Assembly (NCBI GenBank): GCA_963848305.1
Contig: CAWKDC010000001.1
Span: 1,248,001-1,312,000, forward strand
From: an uncultured Gammaproteobacteria bacterium
GTDB lineage: Bacteria; Pseudomonadota; Gammaproteobacteria; JABCZS01
DNA length: 64,000 nucleotides
Direction: 5' to 3'
The translations under genes and the position numbers were made by a program. Below the pieces are notes generated by a model. It was given only the letters and a program-made list of their open reading frames with translations. It did not search any database and had not been told where the DNA came from. This document shows, in pieces, positions 51,712 to 61,854 of the stretch (positions are counted from its first letter, which is position 1; every line of letters starts with the position of its first letter).

Positions 51712-53491
51712 ATCATTATGCATGTTAGCCTTGTGTTGGGTGACCACGGTCTTTGCCGCACCCTCTGCGCTGTTTGGTGCGCCGCCTTCGGATATTATGC
51801 CGCCTGAAAAAGCGTTTCAAGTCAGTGTGGGAAAGGTCACGCCTGAATCCATCACACTGGATTTTGTGATTGCGCCTAAAACATATTTGTATCAACAAGC
51901 GTTTGGTTTTATTTCACCGCAAACAGACATGGGGCCACCGGTTTTTCCGAAAGCCAAAAGCATCAAAGATCCTTTTTTAGGCACGACGAATATTTACCGT
52001 CAGTCAGTTGAAATCACATTGCCCATCGATCCGCCACTCACCAAACCCATAGAGATGACGGTGACGTATCAGGGTTGTCATGATGTGGGCTTTTGTTATC
52101 CGCCACAAAATCAAACACTGACGATCATGCCTCCCCCTAGTATCCAATCTGCACCCACGGCGAACGCTGTGGCACCCACGGTGACAGGCATGCCCGCATC
52201 CATGCCATTGGATGTGCTGGCAAAACAAAATGGTTGGGCTTTATTGGCCTTCATGGGCTTCGGGATTTTATTGTCATTCACGCCGTGCGTGTTGCCCATG
52301 GTGCCTATTCTCAGCGCATTGATTTTAGGTGAACAACAGAAACATCATCCCCTCAAAGCGTTTGGCCTCGCTGCATCTTATGTGGCGGGGATGGCACTGA
52401 CTTATGCTGCATTGGGTGCATTGGTGGGCAGTTTGGGGGCTCGCGTGCAAGCACAATTTCAAAACCCGTGGGTGCTGAGCAGCACGGCAGCTTTGTTGGT
52501 ATTGTTTGCGGGCGTGTTGGTTCATGACAAGCCACAAGCCTTTTTGTCTCGGCTATCGGGCGCTTTCCACCAATTGTCACACGCATTGCCGCGCGGCGAA
52601 TACATCAGTGTGGCGTTGATGGGCGTGCTCGCCAGCATTGTGATTTCACCTTGCGTCACCCCACCCCTGGTCGGTGCACTCACCTTCATCACACTGGAAG
52701 GCAATGTGTTGTTTGGCAGCTTGGCCTTATTTATGTTGGGATTGGGTATGGGCTTGCCTTTATTGGCTGTCACCTGGCTTGGCACAGCAGTCTTGCCCAA
52801 ACGCGGCCCTTGGATGGAGCGAGTCAAACATATTTTGGCTGTGCTCCTCGTCATGATGGCGATTGATCTGCTGACACGCTTTTTACCAGGCTCTGTCGCC
52901 TTGATGCTATATGGTGCATTGGCTGTGGGTGTAGGTTTTTGGCTGAAGCCTTTTTCCCCTCGCCGTGGCATGCAACGCTTATGGCAAGCCCTGTCCTGGG
53001 TGGCTCTATTGATGGGGGCGATATGGATTGTCGGAGGTGCCATGGGGAACAGTGATTGGCGCTCTCCCTTGAGAAGCGCAGCCAGCCGCACGGAGCATGC
53101 CTTACCTTATACGGTGGTCAAAACCCCTGGGGCACTGGTCAAGGCCTTGACTGACGCCCATATGTCGGGCAAGCCCGCTTTCGTTGATTTTTACGCGGAT
53201 TGGTGTGTGGCTTGTGTCTATATGGAAAGCACCGTGTTGATGGATGAGGCTGTGCAAAAGGCTTTGGAGCCTTATGCTTTGATTCAAGTTGACTTAACCC
53301 ATTCGAACGATGATACCCAAACGTTGCTTAAAACCTGGCAATTGTTTGGCCCCCCTGCCTTTCTGTTTTTTGATGCCCAGGGGACGGAACTGAAGGCCGC
53401 CCGAGTAAATGGCGAGATAGGCAGAGACGCTTTATTGACCCATCTTGAGCATATTCGCCAATCTTCTGAGAATTCGATGCCATCTCCCTAG
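51698..53491 (+). CDS. dsbD: Thiol:disulfide interchange protein DsbD
   Basis: YQGCHDVGFCYPP, FTPCVLPMVP, SPCVTPPL and YADWCVAC. Confidence 0.95.
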   Translation: MTNIKSLCMLALCWVTTVFAAPSALFGAPPSDIMPPEKAFQVSVGKVTPESITLDFVIAPKTYLYQQAFGFISPQTDMGPPVFPKAKSIKDPFLGTTNIYRQSVEITLPIDPPLTKPIEMTVTYQGCHDVGFCYPPQNQTLTIMPPPSIQSAPTANAVAPTVTGMPASMPLDVLAKQNGWALLAFMGFGILLSFTPCVLPMVPILSALILGEQQKHHPLKAFGLAASYVAGMALTYAALGALVGSLGARVQAQFQNPWVLSSTAALLVLFAGVLVHDKPQAFLSRLSGAFHQLSHALPRGEYISVALMGVLASIVISPCVTPPLVGALTFITLEGNVLFGSLALFMLGLGMGLPLLAVTWLGTAVLPKRGPWMERVKHILAVLLVMMAIDLLTRFLPGSVALMLYGALAVGVGFWLKPFSPRRGMQRLWQALSWVALLMGAIWIVGGAMGNSDWRSPLRSAASRTEHALPYTVVKTPGALVKALTDAHMSGKPAFVDFYADWCVACVYMESTVLMDEAVQKALEPYALIQVDLTHSNDDTQTLLKTWQLFGPPAFLFFDAQGTELKAARVNGEIGRDALLTHLEHIRQSSENSMPSP

Positions 53492-53579
53492 ACTTTCTGC
53501 ATGGAATGGGGCATAATGTCACAACCCCCGTGCCCCGACATGGGCGGGGATTGTTCTTAAACTTTAAGAAGGATACACA

Positions 53580-54047
53580 ATGGACATTCGCAAAGTCAAA
53601 AAACTCATCGAATTGCTCGAAGAATCCAATTGCACTGAACTCGAAATCCGCGAAGGTGAAGAGACCGTTCGCATTTCTCGTGCAGGCACGCCAGTCCAAT
53701 ACGCCCCCGCGCCCATCGCCATGCCTGTTGCTGCGGCTCCCGCTGCTCAGCCATTGGCCGCTGCGCCGGCAGCATCAGATCCTGTTCCTGTCGAAAAGCC
53801 CAAAATCAAAGGCCATGAAGTCAAGTCGCCCATGGTAGGCACGGCTTACCGCTCCTCCTCGCCTGAGGCCAAGCCTTTTGTGGAGGTGGGTAGCACGGTG
53901 AAAGCGGGTGATACATTGTGTTTGATCGAAGCCATGAAAATGTTCAATCCCATCGAAGCCGACACAAGTGGCGTGATTGCCGATATCTTGATCACCAGTG
54001 GCCAGCCAGTTGAGTACGGCCAAACACTGTTTATCATTCAGCAATAG
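53580..54047 (+). CDS. accB: Acetyl-CoA carboxylase biotin carboxyl carrier protein
   Basis: [18 protein letters not shown] and EAMKM. Confidence 0.97.
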   Translation: MDIRKVKKLIELLEESNCTELEIREGEETVRISRAGTPVQYAPAPIAMPVAAAPAAQPLAAAPAASDPVPVEKPKIKGHEVKSPMVGTAYRSSSPEAKPFVEVGSTVKAGDTLCLIEAMKMFNPIEADTSGVIADILITSGQPVEYGQTLFIIQQ

Positions 54048-54056
54048 TAGGTATAT

Positions 54057-55406
54057 ATGTTCAGAAAAATAGTCATCGCCAACCGTGGTGAAATTGCTTT
54101 GCGGATTCTGCGCGCGTGCAGGGAATTGAATATCAAAACAGTGGCTGTGTACAGCGAAGCTGATGTCGATTTAATGCATGTTAAATTAGCCGATGAATCT
54201 GTGTGCATTGGCCTACCCAATCCGCGTGACAGTTATTTGAATATCCCCGCGATCATTTCTGCTGCTGAAATCACTGACGCGGATGCCATTCATCCAGGCT
54301 ATGGGTTTCTCGCAGAAAATGCGGATTTTGCAGAGCGTGTTGAAGACAGCGGATTTAAATTTATTGGCCCGAGCGCAGAAAATATTCGCTTGATGGGAGA
54401 TAAAGTTTCTGCAATCAACATGATGAAAAAAGCAGGCGTGCCAACAGTGCCAGGATCTGACGGTTCGCTTAGCATCAGTGATGCTGACAATCTGATTTTA
54501 GCGAAAAAAATTGGTTATCCCATCATCATCAAAGCAGCCGGCGGCGGCGGTGGGCGCGGGATGCGCGTCGTGCATTCTGAGCCTAATTTATTAAATTCCA
54601 TTGCCATGACGCGTCAAGAAGCAGCAGCGGCCTTTGGTAATGATAAATTGTATATGGAAAAGTTTTTGCAAAATCCTCGTCACATTGAAATTCAAGTATT
54701 GGCAGATAGCTTCGGTCACGCTGTTTATTTGGGTGAACGTGATTGTTCCATGCAACGTCGCCATCAAAAAGTGTTGGAAGAAGCGCCTGCCCCGGGTATC
54801 ACTGAAAAACAGAGAGAAACCATCGGTAAACGCTGCGTGAAAGCGTGTGAGGAAATGGGCTATGTGGGCGCAGGTACATTTGAATTTTTATTTGAAGACG
54901 GTCGTTTTTATTTCATCGAAATGAACACACGTGTGCAAGTGGAACATCCTGTGACAGAAATGATCACGGGCATTGACATTGTGCGTGAACAAATTTGTGT
55001 GGCCGCGGGGAAAAAGCTCAGTGTTTCTCAAAAGGACATTCAGATACGCGGTCATGCCATTGAATGCCGTATCAATGCAGAAGATGCCAAAACATTTTTG
55101 CCTTGCCCAGGAACGATTGAAATGTTGCACGCACCAGGTGGCCCAGGCATTCGCTTTGATTCGCATGCATATTCGGGTTACAAAGTACCCCCTTTTTATG
55201 ATTCCTTGATCGCCAAGTTGATTGCCTATGGGGAAACCCGTGAGATTGCCATTGCACGCATGCGCAATGCGCTAGATGAAATACACATCGAAGGCATTAA
55301 AACCAATATTGGGCTACACCGCCATTTGATGGAAGATCATGCATTCAAAATCGGCGGAACCAATATTCATTATCTCGAGGAAAAACTCGGGCTCGGGAAG
55401 AAGTAA
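54057..55406 (+). CDS. accC: Biotin carboxylase
   Basis: [36 protein letters not shown] and [10 protein letters not shown]. Confidence 0.98.
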   Translation: MFRKIVIANRGEIALRILRACRELNIKTVAVYSEADVDLMHVKLADESVCIGLPNPRDSYLNIPAIISAAEITDADAIHPGYGFLAENADFAERVEDSGFKFIGPSAENIRLMGDKVSAINMMKKAGVPTVPGSDGSLSISDADNLILAKKIGYPIIIKAAGGGGGRGMRVVHSEPNLLNSIAMTRQEAAAAFGNDKLYMEKFLQNPRHIEIQVLADSFGHAVYLGERDCSMQRRHQKVLEEAPAPGITEKQRETIGKRCVKACEEMGYVGAGTFEFLFEDGRFYFIEMNTRVQVEHPVTEMITGIDIVREQICVAAGKKLSVSQKDIQIRGHAIECRINAEDAKTFLPCPGTIEMLHAPGGPGIRFDSHAYSGYKVPPFYDSLIAKLIAYGETREIAIARMRNALDEIHIEGIKTNIGLHRHLMEDHAFKIGGTNIHYLEEKLGLGKK

Positions 55407-55407
55407 T

Positions 55408-56276
55408 ATGCCATGGCAGTCCTTGCGTGTCGCAGTACCACGTGCGTTAATCGAGACCGTGTCAGATCTGCTGATTGAAGAGGGTGCGGTGAGCGTCACG
55501 CTCACTGACGCCCAAGATGAACCTCTTCTTGAACCTTGCCGATGAATTGCCTTTATGGCAAGAAGCATTTGTCACGGGATTGTTTGAAGCCGATTTGGTG
55601 TTAGACCGTCCCAAAGCTGCCCTGCACGCGTTGTTACCTGAGGCTCCCCTTGTCATTGAACATGTGCCGGATCAAGCGTGGGAGCGTGTTTGCTTGGCTC
55701 ACGTCGTACCGATGCGCTTCGGTCAATCATTGTGGGTAGTGCCGAGTCACTGGGAAGGTGAACAACCTGCTGGTCAGATCATCATGTTAGATCCCGGGCT
55801 TGCTTTTGGCACAGGTACCCATGCGACCACGCGTCTCATGCTGACATTTTTAGATGGGTATGATTGCACCGGAAAAACAGTTGTCGATTACGGTTGTGGT
55901 TCAGGCATTTTATCGGTGGCTGCATCAGTGGAAGGGGCTGCGCGGGTACTGGCTGTTGATTACGATCCGCAAGCATTGATGGCGACATCAGACAACGCAC
56001 TTAAAAATCATTGTGAAGAGTTGATCACGGTCTCGTTGCCCGGCCAGTATGCGCCCATTCAAGCGGATATTGTGCTGGCGAATATTATTTTAGGTCTCAT
56101 TGCTGAGTTTGCATGATACCTTGAAGTCTTTGTTGAAACCCGGTGGTGTATTAGTGTTGTCTGGGATTTTAGCGGAACAGAAAGCAGCACTGCTCGCCGG
56201 ATATGCAGATATGACGGTGTTGGACATTGCACAAGATGAAAACTGGTTGCGTATCAGTTTTGCGTGCAAACTGTAG
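55408..56276 (+). CDS. prmA: Ribosomal protein L11 methyltransferase (frameshifts near 55535 and 56095)
   Basis: DPGLAFGTGTHATT, DYGCGSGIL and ANI; the third segment LKPGGVLVLSGIL..ENWLRISFACKL* ends at TAG 56274-56276. Confidence 0.92.
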
Positions 56277-56312
56277 GGGCGCATATTTACGCCCATGCGC
56301 CGCAGGCGCGGG
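56272..56312. repeat. Degenerate GTAG-type REP overlapping the prmA stop
   Basis: TGTAGGGGCGCATATTTACGCCC; similar to 58412-58439. Confidence 0.6.
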
Positions 56313-56349
56313 GTATGTTAAAATCTCCCACCTTTTTTCCAGTTTCCCC

Positions 56350-56378
56350 TTGGCAGTTTCCAAAAAGTGGATTATGAT
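56350..56378 (+). promoter_or_regulatory. sigma70 promoter of fis
   Basis: TTGGCA-N17-TATGAT. Confidence 0.55.
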
Positions 56379-56483
56379 AGTTCTTACCTCAAGTGAAAAG
56401 GCCACAAGCCAAAAGCAGTACAATAAGTAGATTCAGCGCTTTGTATTTACCGTGAGCTGACGGTGATCATTTTTTAGCAGTGT

Positions 56484-56520
56484 GGTCAAAATTTGAACAA
56501 GGATTGATCAATTTTTGAAC
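56484..56520. promoter_or_regulatory. Two Fis-binding sites
   Basis: GGTCAAAATTTGAAC and GATCAATTTTTGAAC match GNTCAAWWTTTGANC and lie 22 bp apart. Confidence 0.75.
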
Positions 56521-56534
56521 AAGGTGATGGAAAT

Positions 56535-56825
56535 ATGCACAACTCTTTACTGTCTTTACCCAGAAAGTCCGCCGATACGGCAACTTCAACCGAACATGGC
56601 ACTCCTTTACGCGACAGCGTGAAAGTGTCGATCGAACGTTACTTCACACACTTGGACGGCCAAGAAGTCACTAACCTGTATGACATCGTGATTGCTGAAG
56701 TGGAAGAGCCGCTCTTGCAAACGGTGATGAAGATCACAGGCAATAACCAATCTCTCGCTGCTCGCCTATTGGGCCTCAGCCGTGGTACACTTCGCAAGAA
56801 GTTGGAGCAATTCGGTTTATTGTAA
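56535..56825 (+). CDS. fis: DNA-binding protein Fis
   Basis: PLRDSV..YF..LDGQ..LY..EVEEPLL..GNNQS.AA..LGLSRGTLRKKL. Confidence 0.95.
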   Translation: MHNSLLSLPRKSADTATSTEHGTPLRDSVKVSIERYFTHLDGQEVTNLYDIVIAEVEEPLLQTVMKITGNNQSLAARLLGLSRGTLRKKLEQFGLL

Positions 56826-56833
56826 ATGCCTCT

Positions 56834-56861
56834 TGTGGGGGCGGGGACTCCCGCCCCTCAA
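56834..56861. repeat. REP-like hairpin downstream of fis
   Basis: TGTGGGGGCGGG-gact-CCCGCCCCTCAA. Confidence 0.5.
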
Positions 56862-56897
56862 CGCTGCTCCTAAATGTTGTTTCAATAGGTACTTAAT

Positions 56898-58409
56898 ATG
56901 CAGTTCATCCCAAAACGTGCCCTGCTCAGCGTTTCAGACAAGGCGGGGCTCGTGCCTTTCGCCCGTGCGTTACATGAAGCGGGCATTGAATTATTGTCTA
57001 CCGGCGGCACAGCCGCAGCATTGCGTGATGCAGGCTTGCCAGTCGTTTTGGTGGAAGATGTCACTGACTTTCCTGAAATCATGGATGGTCGCGTGAAGAC
57101 ATTGCACCCGCGTGTGCATGGCGGCATTTTGGGCCGCACAGGTATTGATGAGGCTGTCATGGAAACCCATGGCATTCCCAAAATTGATTTGGTGGTCGTT
57201 AACTTTTATCCATTCACACGTGAACCCAGTATCGAGAACATTGACATTGGCGGTCCTGCAATGGTGCGTGCCGCTGCCAAAAATCACGAACACATTGCCG
57301 TATTGGCCTCACCCGATTTATACGATGAATGTCTTGACGCGATCGCCGCCGGCGACATCACGATCGACACGCGCCGTGAATGGGCAGCGCTCGCTTTTGG
57401 GTTAACCGCCCGTTACGATGCAGCCATCCATGCGTTCCTCACAGAGCCCACATCTGCGCAAACCTTGCCGGCTTCAATCAATTTATCCTTACAGCGTTTA
57501 TCCAGCTTACGTTACGGTGAAAACCCGCACCAATCTGCTGCGCTTTATGCGCCCGCGGGGCCCCTGCAAGGCCTCGCTGCGGCTACTTTACGACAAGGCA
57601 AACCCTTGTCCTACAATAATTGGGTGGATGCCGATGCCGCATTGGCCTGCATTCGTTCATTTGACACGCCTGCCTGCGCTATCATCAAACATGCGAACCC
57701 CTGTGGCGTCGCGATTGCTTCTACATTAGAATCAGCTTATGCCAAAGCCTACGAGAGCGATCCACAAGCCGCGTTTGGCGGTATCATTGCATTGAATCGT
57801 CCGCTTGATGAATTAACAGCGCGCCGGCTGATTGAACAGCAATTTGTGGAAGTGATTATTTGTCCAGCCGTTGAACCGCGTGCTGCTGTTCATTTGGAAA
57901 CAAAACCGAATGTCCGTGTGATGGTGGTTGAGATGGAGACTGTGCAAGATCCTTGGGTGATGCGTTCTATTCAAGGGGGATTGCTGGTGCAAACCGCGGA
58001 TAGGGATGACATCACCATGCATATGAAAGTCGTGACGGCACGTCAACCGACGGAACAAGAATGGATCGATTTGCGTTTTGCTTGGCATGTGGTGAAATAC
58101 GTGAAATCCAATGCGATTGTGATTGCGAAAGATGGACAAACGTTTGGCATCGGCGGCGGGCAAACCTCGCGCGTGGGTGCGGTGGACATTGCCTTGCATA
58201 AAGCGAGTCACTTTCCTGTAGCACGTGATGCCGTATTGGCCAGTGATGCCTTCTTTCCCTTTCCAGACAGCATTGTGCTGGCTGCACAATCTGGGATTAA
58301 AGCAATCATTCAACCTGGTGGCTCTGTGAAAGATGCGCAAGTGATTGCGGCCGCAGATGCGCACGGGATGACGATGGTATTCACGGGCATCCGTCATTTT
58401 TATCATTAA
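56898..58409 (+). CDS. purH: Bifunctional AICAR transformylase/IMP cyclohydrolase
   Basis: ALLSVSDK, GRVKTLHP, LRYGENPHQ, KHANPCG and SDAFFPF. Confidence 0.97.
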   Translation: MQFIPKRALLSVSDKAGLVPFARALHEAGIELLSTGGTAAALRDAGLPVVLVEDVTDFPEIMDGRVKTLHPRVHGGILGRTGIDEAVMETHGIPKIDLVVVNFYPFTREPSIENIDIGGPAMVRAAAKNHEHIAVLASPDLYDECLDAIAAGDITIDTRREWAALAFGLTARYDAAIHAFLTEPTSAQTLPASINLSLQRLSSLRYGENPHQSAALYAPAGPLQGLAAATLRQGKPLSYNNWVDADAALACIRSFDTPACAIIKHANPCGVAIASTLESAYAKAYESDPQAAFGGIIALNRPLDELTARRLIEQQFVEVIICPAVEPRAAVHLETKPNVRVMVVEMETVQDPWVMRSIQGGLLVQTADRDDITMHMKVVTARQPTEQEWIDLRFAWHVVKYVKSNAIVIAKDGQTFGIGGGQTSRVGAVDIALHKASHFPVARDAVLASDAFFPFPDSIVLAAQSGIKAIIQPGGSVKDAQVIAAADAHGMTMVFTGIRHFYH

Positions 58410-58411
58410 AT

Positions 58412-58439
58412 TGTAGGGGTGCATATTTGCGCCCCTACA
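58412..58439. repeat. GTAG-type REP palindrome
   Basis: TGTAGGGGTGCA-tatt-TGCGCCCCTACA, 2 nt after the purH stop. Confidence 0.8.
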
Positions 58440-58485
58440 CCCAAAAAAATTGTCGGAGGATTTATCAAATGGCGCGGAGCACATC

Positions 58486-59746
58486 ATGAAAGTATTGATC
58501 ATCGGCAACGGCGGACGTGAACATGCCATGGCTGAAAAAGTCGCAGCGTCAAGCCAAGTGTCACAAGTTTTCGTTGCGCCCGGCAACGGCGGCACGGCGA
58601 TGGGTGCGCCTCGTATTCAAAATGTGAATATTCCTGTCACAGATGTGGATGGGTTGCTTGATTTTGCGATTAAAAATAATATCGATCTCACGATAGTTGG
58701 CCCCGAAGCCCCTCTCGTATTGGGTGTGGTTGATCGTTTCCGCGAAAAAGGTTTGCGTTGTTTCGGTCCCGACACAAGCCTGCGCACAATTAGAAGGTTC
58801 AAAAGCGTATTGTAAAGCGTTTTTCAAAAAACATCATATTCCTACGGCGGCATACGAAACATTCGAATCACTCCAACCCGCTTTGGATTATTTAAACACG
58901 CAATCGCTGCCTATTGTCATCAAAGCAGATGGCTTGGCCGCAGGTAAGGGTGTGGTGATTGCTCAAACAATGGAAGAAGCGCGCAATACGCTCACTGATT
59001 TTTTATCAAAAAACACATTGGGTGATGCGTCGAAAAAAGTTGTGATTGAATCTTTTTTGCAAGGTCGAGAATTAAGTTTCATTGTGATGTGTGATGGCAC
59101 CACTGTGGTACCATTGGCCACTTCACAAGATCACAAGCGTCGCGATGACGGCGATCGTGGCTGTAATACCGGAGGCATGGGCGCTTTTTCACCGGCAGAT
59201 AACGTCAGTGATGCGCTGCATGATGACATCCTGCGCACGGTGATCCATCCGACCTTGAATGCCTTGCGTGAAGCGGGCACACCTTATACAGGATTTTTAT
59301 ATGCAGGGATCATGGTATCTCCTGAGGGAAAACCGTTTGTGTTAGAGTACAATTGCCGTTTGGGTGACCCTGAAACACAGCCCTTGCTCATGCGTTTAAA
59401 GTCTGATTTCGCACAACATTGTTTGGCTGCATGTGAAGGCAAATTGGCGCAGGAAACATTTGAATGGGACGCGCGCACGGCTGTCGGTGTCGTTGTAGCA
59501 TCAAAAGGTTACCCAGCCACTTACGAAACAGGGAAATCAATTTCATTGATTGATAATACCCCAGATATGCATGTGTTTCATGCAGGTACTGTCATGAAGG
59601 GCGGCAACGTTTTTTCAAATGGTGGCCGTGTGCTCTGTGTCACGGCATTGGGGAACACGAAGAAAGAAGCGGCCGCAATCGTGTATACTGCGCTAAACCG
59701 GATTGGTTTTGAGGGCGCTTTCTATAGAAAAGATATTGGCCAATAA
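58486..59746 (+). CDS. purD: Phosphoribosylamine-glycine ligase (extra C near 58769)
   Basis: GNGGREHA, VGPEAPL, LEGSK, KADGLAAGKGV, NTGGMG and EYNCRLGDPE. Confidence 0.96.
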
Positions 59747-59763
59747 ATTGAGGAGATATTCTG

Positions 59764-61014
59764 ATGAAGCAGCATAAAGGATTGTGGATCGTCATTGGGG
59801 CGATTGTGTTCGGCATGACGGTCGGTGTGTTGACCCAAAAAGGCCATGTGTATGCGGGTATTGAACCGTATGCTTATTTATATCCCGTGTATGCATTGGG
59901 CGGGCAATTATTTATCAATGCACTTATGTTATTAGTTGTGCCATTGGTTGCATCATCCATCATGGCAGGGGTTGCACGTATTGGCGGAGAACAATCGTTT
60001 GGGCGCTTGGGCGCAAAAACATTTGGGTTGTATTTAACGACCAATTTATTGGGCATTTTAGTCGGATTATTTTTTGTGAATCTGTTCCAGCCGGGGTCAG
60101 TTATTCCACCAGAAGCGGTGTCGAGCGCTGCTAATACCGCGTCAGTATCTTCAGCGTCCGGCTTAAATCTCGGCGATATTTTATTAAAAATCATCCCCTC
60201 AAACATTGTGGCAACATTGGCGCAGGGGCAAATGTTAGGCATCATATTTTTCAGTTTATTGTTCGGATATTGTATTTCCAAAATTGACAAAATCAATTCT
60301 GTGTTGTTAGTCAATTTCGTTCAAGGCATTTTTCAAGCCATGATTCAATTGACGCATCTCATCATGAAGTTTTTGCCTGTTGGTGTATTTTTTCTGGTGG
60401 CTAAAATATTCGCTGAAACAGGTTTAGGCAGTTTGGTTTCCCTGGGGTGGTTCACCGTCACGGTGGTTGTATCCTTACTGGTGTTCATGCTGATCGTGTT
60501 GCCTTTATTATTGAAAATAGGCGGCATCAGTCCCAGACGCCATTTTGCTGCGATGGGTTCCGCGCTCATCACAGCCTTTTCGACAAGCTCTTCTGCGGCG
60601 ACATTGCCCGTGACCATGGATTGTGTGGAACAACGCGCAGGTGTTTCCAATAAAATTTGCAGTTTGGTCGTCCCATTGGCTACCTCGTTGAATTTGTCAG
60701 GGTCGGCAGTGTATGTGTGTGTGGCGAGTTTGTTTGTCGCGCAAGCGTATCACGTTGATTTATCTTTCATGACGCAAGCGATGATTGTGCTGATTGCTTT
60801 TGTGACATCCGTCGGTGTAGCAGGAGTCCCATCAGCATCGCTTGTTTCTATCATTGCGATTTTGCATGCGTTGGGTATTCCTGCTGAAGGGATCGGCTTG
60901 TTTATCGCGGTTGATCGCGTATTAGATATGTGCCGAACGACTGTCAGCGTCTTCAGCGGCAGCTGCTGCGCCGTCTTGGTCGCTAAAACCGAAGGCGAGA
61001 AGATATTGGTTTAA
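59764..61014 (+). CDS. Dicarboxylate/amino acid:cation symporter (DAACS)
   Basis: AFSTSSSAATLP, GVAGVP and DRVLDMCRT. Confidence 0.93.
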   Translation: MKQHKGLWIVIGAIVFGMTVGVLTQKGHVYAGIEPYAYLYPVYALGGQLFINALMLLVVPLVASSIMAGVARIGGEQSFGRLGAKTFGLYLTTNLLGILVGLFFVNLFQPGSVIPPEAVSSAANTASVSSASGLNLGDILLKIIPSNIVATLAQGQMLGIIFFSLLFGYCISKIDKINSVLLVNFVQGIFQAMIQLTHLIMKFLPVGVFFLVAKIFAETGLGSLVSLGWFTVTVVVSLLVFMLIVLPLLLKIGGISPRRHFAAMGSALITAFSTSSSAATLPVTMDCVEQRAGVSNKICSLVVPLATSLNLSGSAVYVCVASLFVAQAYHVDLSFMTQAMIVLIAFVTSVGVAGVPSASLVSIIAILHALGIPAEGIGLFIAVDRVLDMCRTTVSVFSGSCCAVLVAKTEGEKILV

Positions 61015-61021
61015 ACGTGCT

Positions 61022-61069
61022 TGTAGGGGCGGAGTTCGAAAATTGACAAAAAGATATTTGAGGAGATAA
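61022..61069 (+). pseudogene. Half REP fused to the last ~10 codons of a deleted toxin gene
   Basis: TGTAGGGGCGG lacks its right arm and is followed by RKLTKRYLRR* (61037-61069), resembling BrnT-like toxin C-termini. Confidence 0.45.
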
Positions 61070-61071
61070 TC

Positions 61072-61350
61072 ATGAGCAAAAAGCCGATTAAATTGGATCC
61101 TGATGAACAGGACTTACTTGATTCCGTTGAAAGGGGTGAATGGAAAACGGTTGAAAATTTTGAGGAACAGGCGGCATTTGCAAAAGCTGCTGCAGAGAAT
61201 TACATGCGTAAAGATGCTCGTATTAATATTCGCATTTCCAGTAGTGATTTAGCGCGTCTTAAGGAAAAGGCAGCATTCAAAGGTTTACCCTATCAAACGT
61301 TCATCGCGAGTGTATTGCACGAATATGCGGCTGGCCATTTCGATGTTTAA
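61072..61350 (+). CDS. CopG/BrnA-like antitoxin (orphan)
   Basis: KDARINIRIS..DL..LK.KA...GLPYQT.I.S.LH; GAGGAG RBS. Confidence 0.85.
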   Translation: MSKKPIKLDPDEQDLLDSVERGEWKTVENFEEQAAFAKAAAENYMRKDARINIRISSSDLARLKEKAAFKGLPYQTFIASVLHEYAAGHFDV

Positions 61351-61811
61351 AGCAGCCAATCGAGTAGTGTCACGCAATGAATCGTGCCTGATAAATAAAC
61401 TAAAGCATTTTCTCGCTCGATCCATCGTAATACAAATTTTTCCCATTCAGGCGCAACCTGGATTTCATCTAGAAACAGCACCAGTTGTTTTGAGCCATTA
61501 TCTGGGTAGGCTTCAATGTAGGCAGGTAGTAAGTCCGCCCAGTCAGAGGTTTTAAAATTGCTTAATCGATCGTCTTCAAAATTTAAACGGAGCAATTGCT
61601 CTTTATGTAATCCTGCGGCCAATAGTCGATGCATTTCTTGATACATACACCAGGTTTTGCCACTACGACGCATCCCTATGAAGGTTGGAAAATCTACTTC
61701 CCGTGGCATTGGATTTTTGAACGGTTCGGTCACACAATCAACGATCATTTGCTTTATAAGGGAAAGCCCCAGGTATGAATGACATAAAAAATGGTAGGGT
61801 TGCACCAACAA
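61347..61811 (-). pseudogene. Internally deleted AAA_14 family ATPase
   Basis: Walker A GMRRSGKT, NFEDDR and Walker B LDEIQ; YLSG is joined directly to a C-terminal-type IHCVTLLDWLL*. Confidence 0.75.
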
Positions 61812-61854
61812 GGGCTTTCTATGGATCTTAAGGCCATTTGTCAGTATACAGCGC

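Noticed and set aside
57813-58595. Long antisense and alternative-frame ORFs (also 15272-15904, 52522-53091 and others)
   Set aside because: They are shadows of well-supported genes on the opposite strand and have no recognisable motifs
6150-58780. Programmed ribosomal frameshifting in typA, glnA, prmA or purD
   Set aside because: No shared slippery heptamer or stimulatory structure, and the shift directions differ; assembly error is simpler
15889-61032. CRISPR array or integron attC cassette array formed by the palindromic repeats
   Set aside because: The repeats are dispersed single copies after housekeeping genes, with no regular spacers, cas genes, integron integrase or attC core sites
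4254-61811. The two AAA relics as complementary halves of one split ATPase or defence system
   Set aside because: They are 56 kb apart, divergent in sequence, both retain Walker B, and one carries nonsense codons
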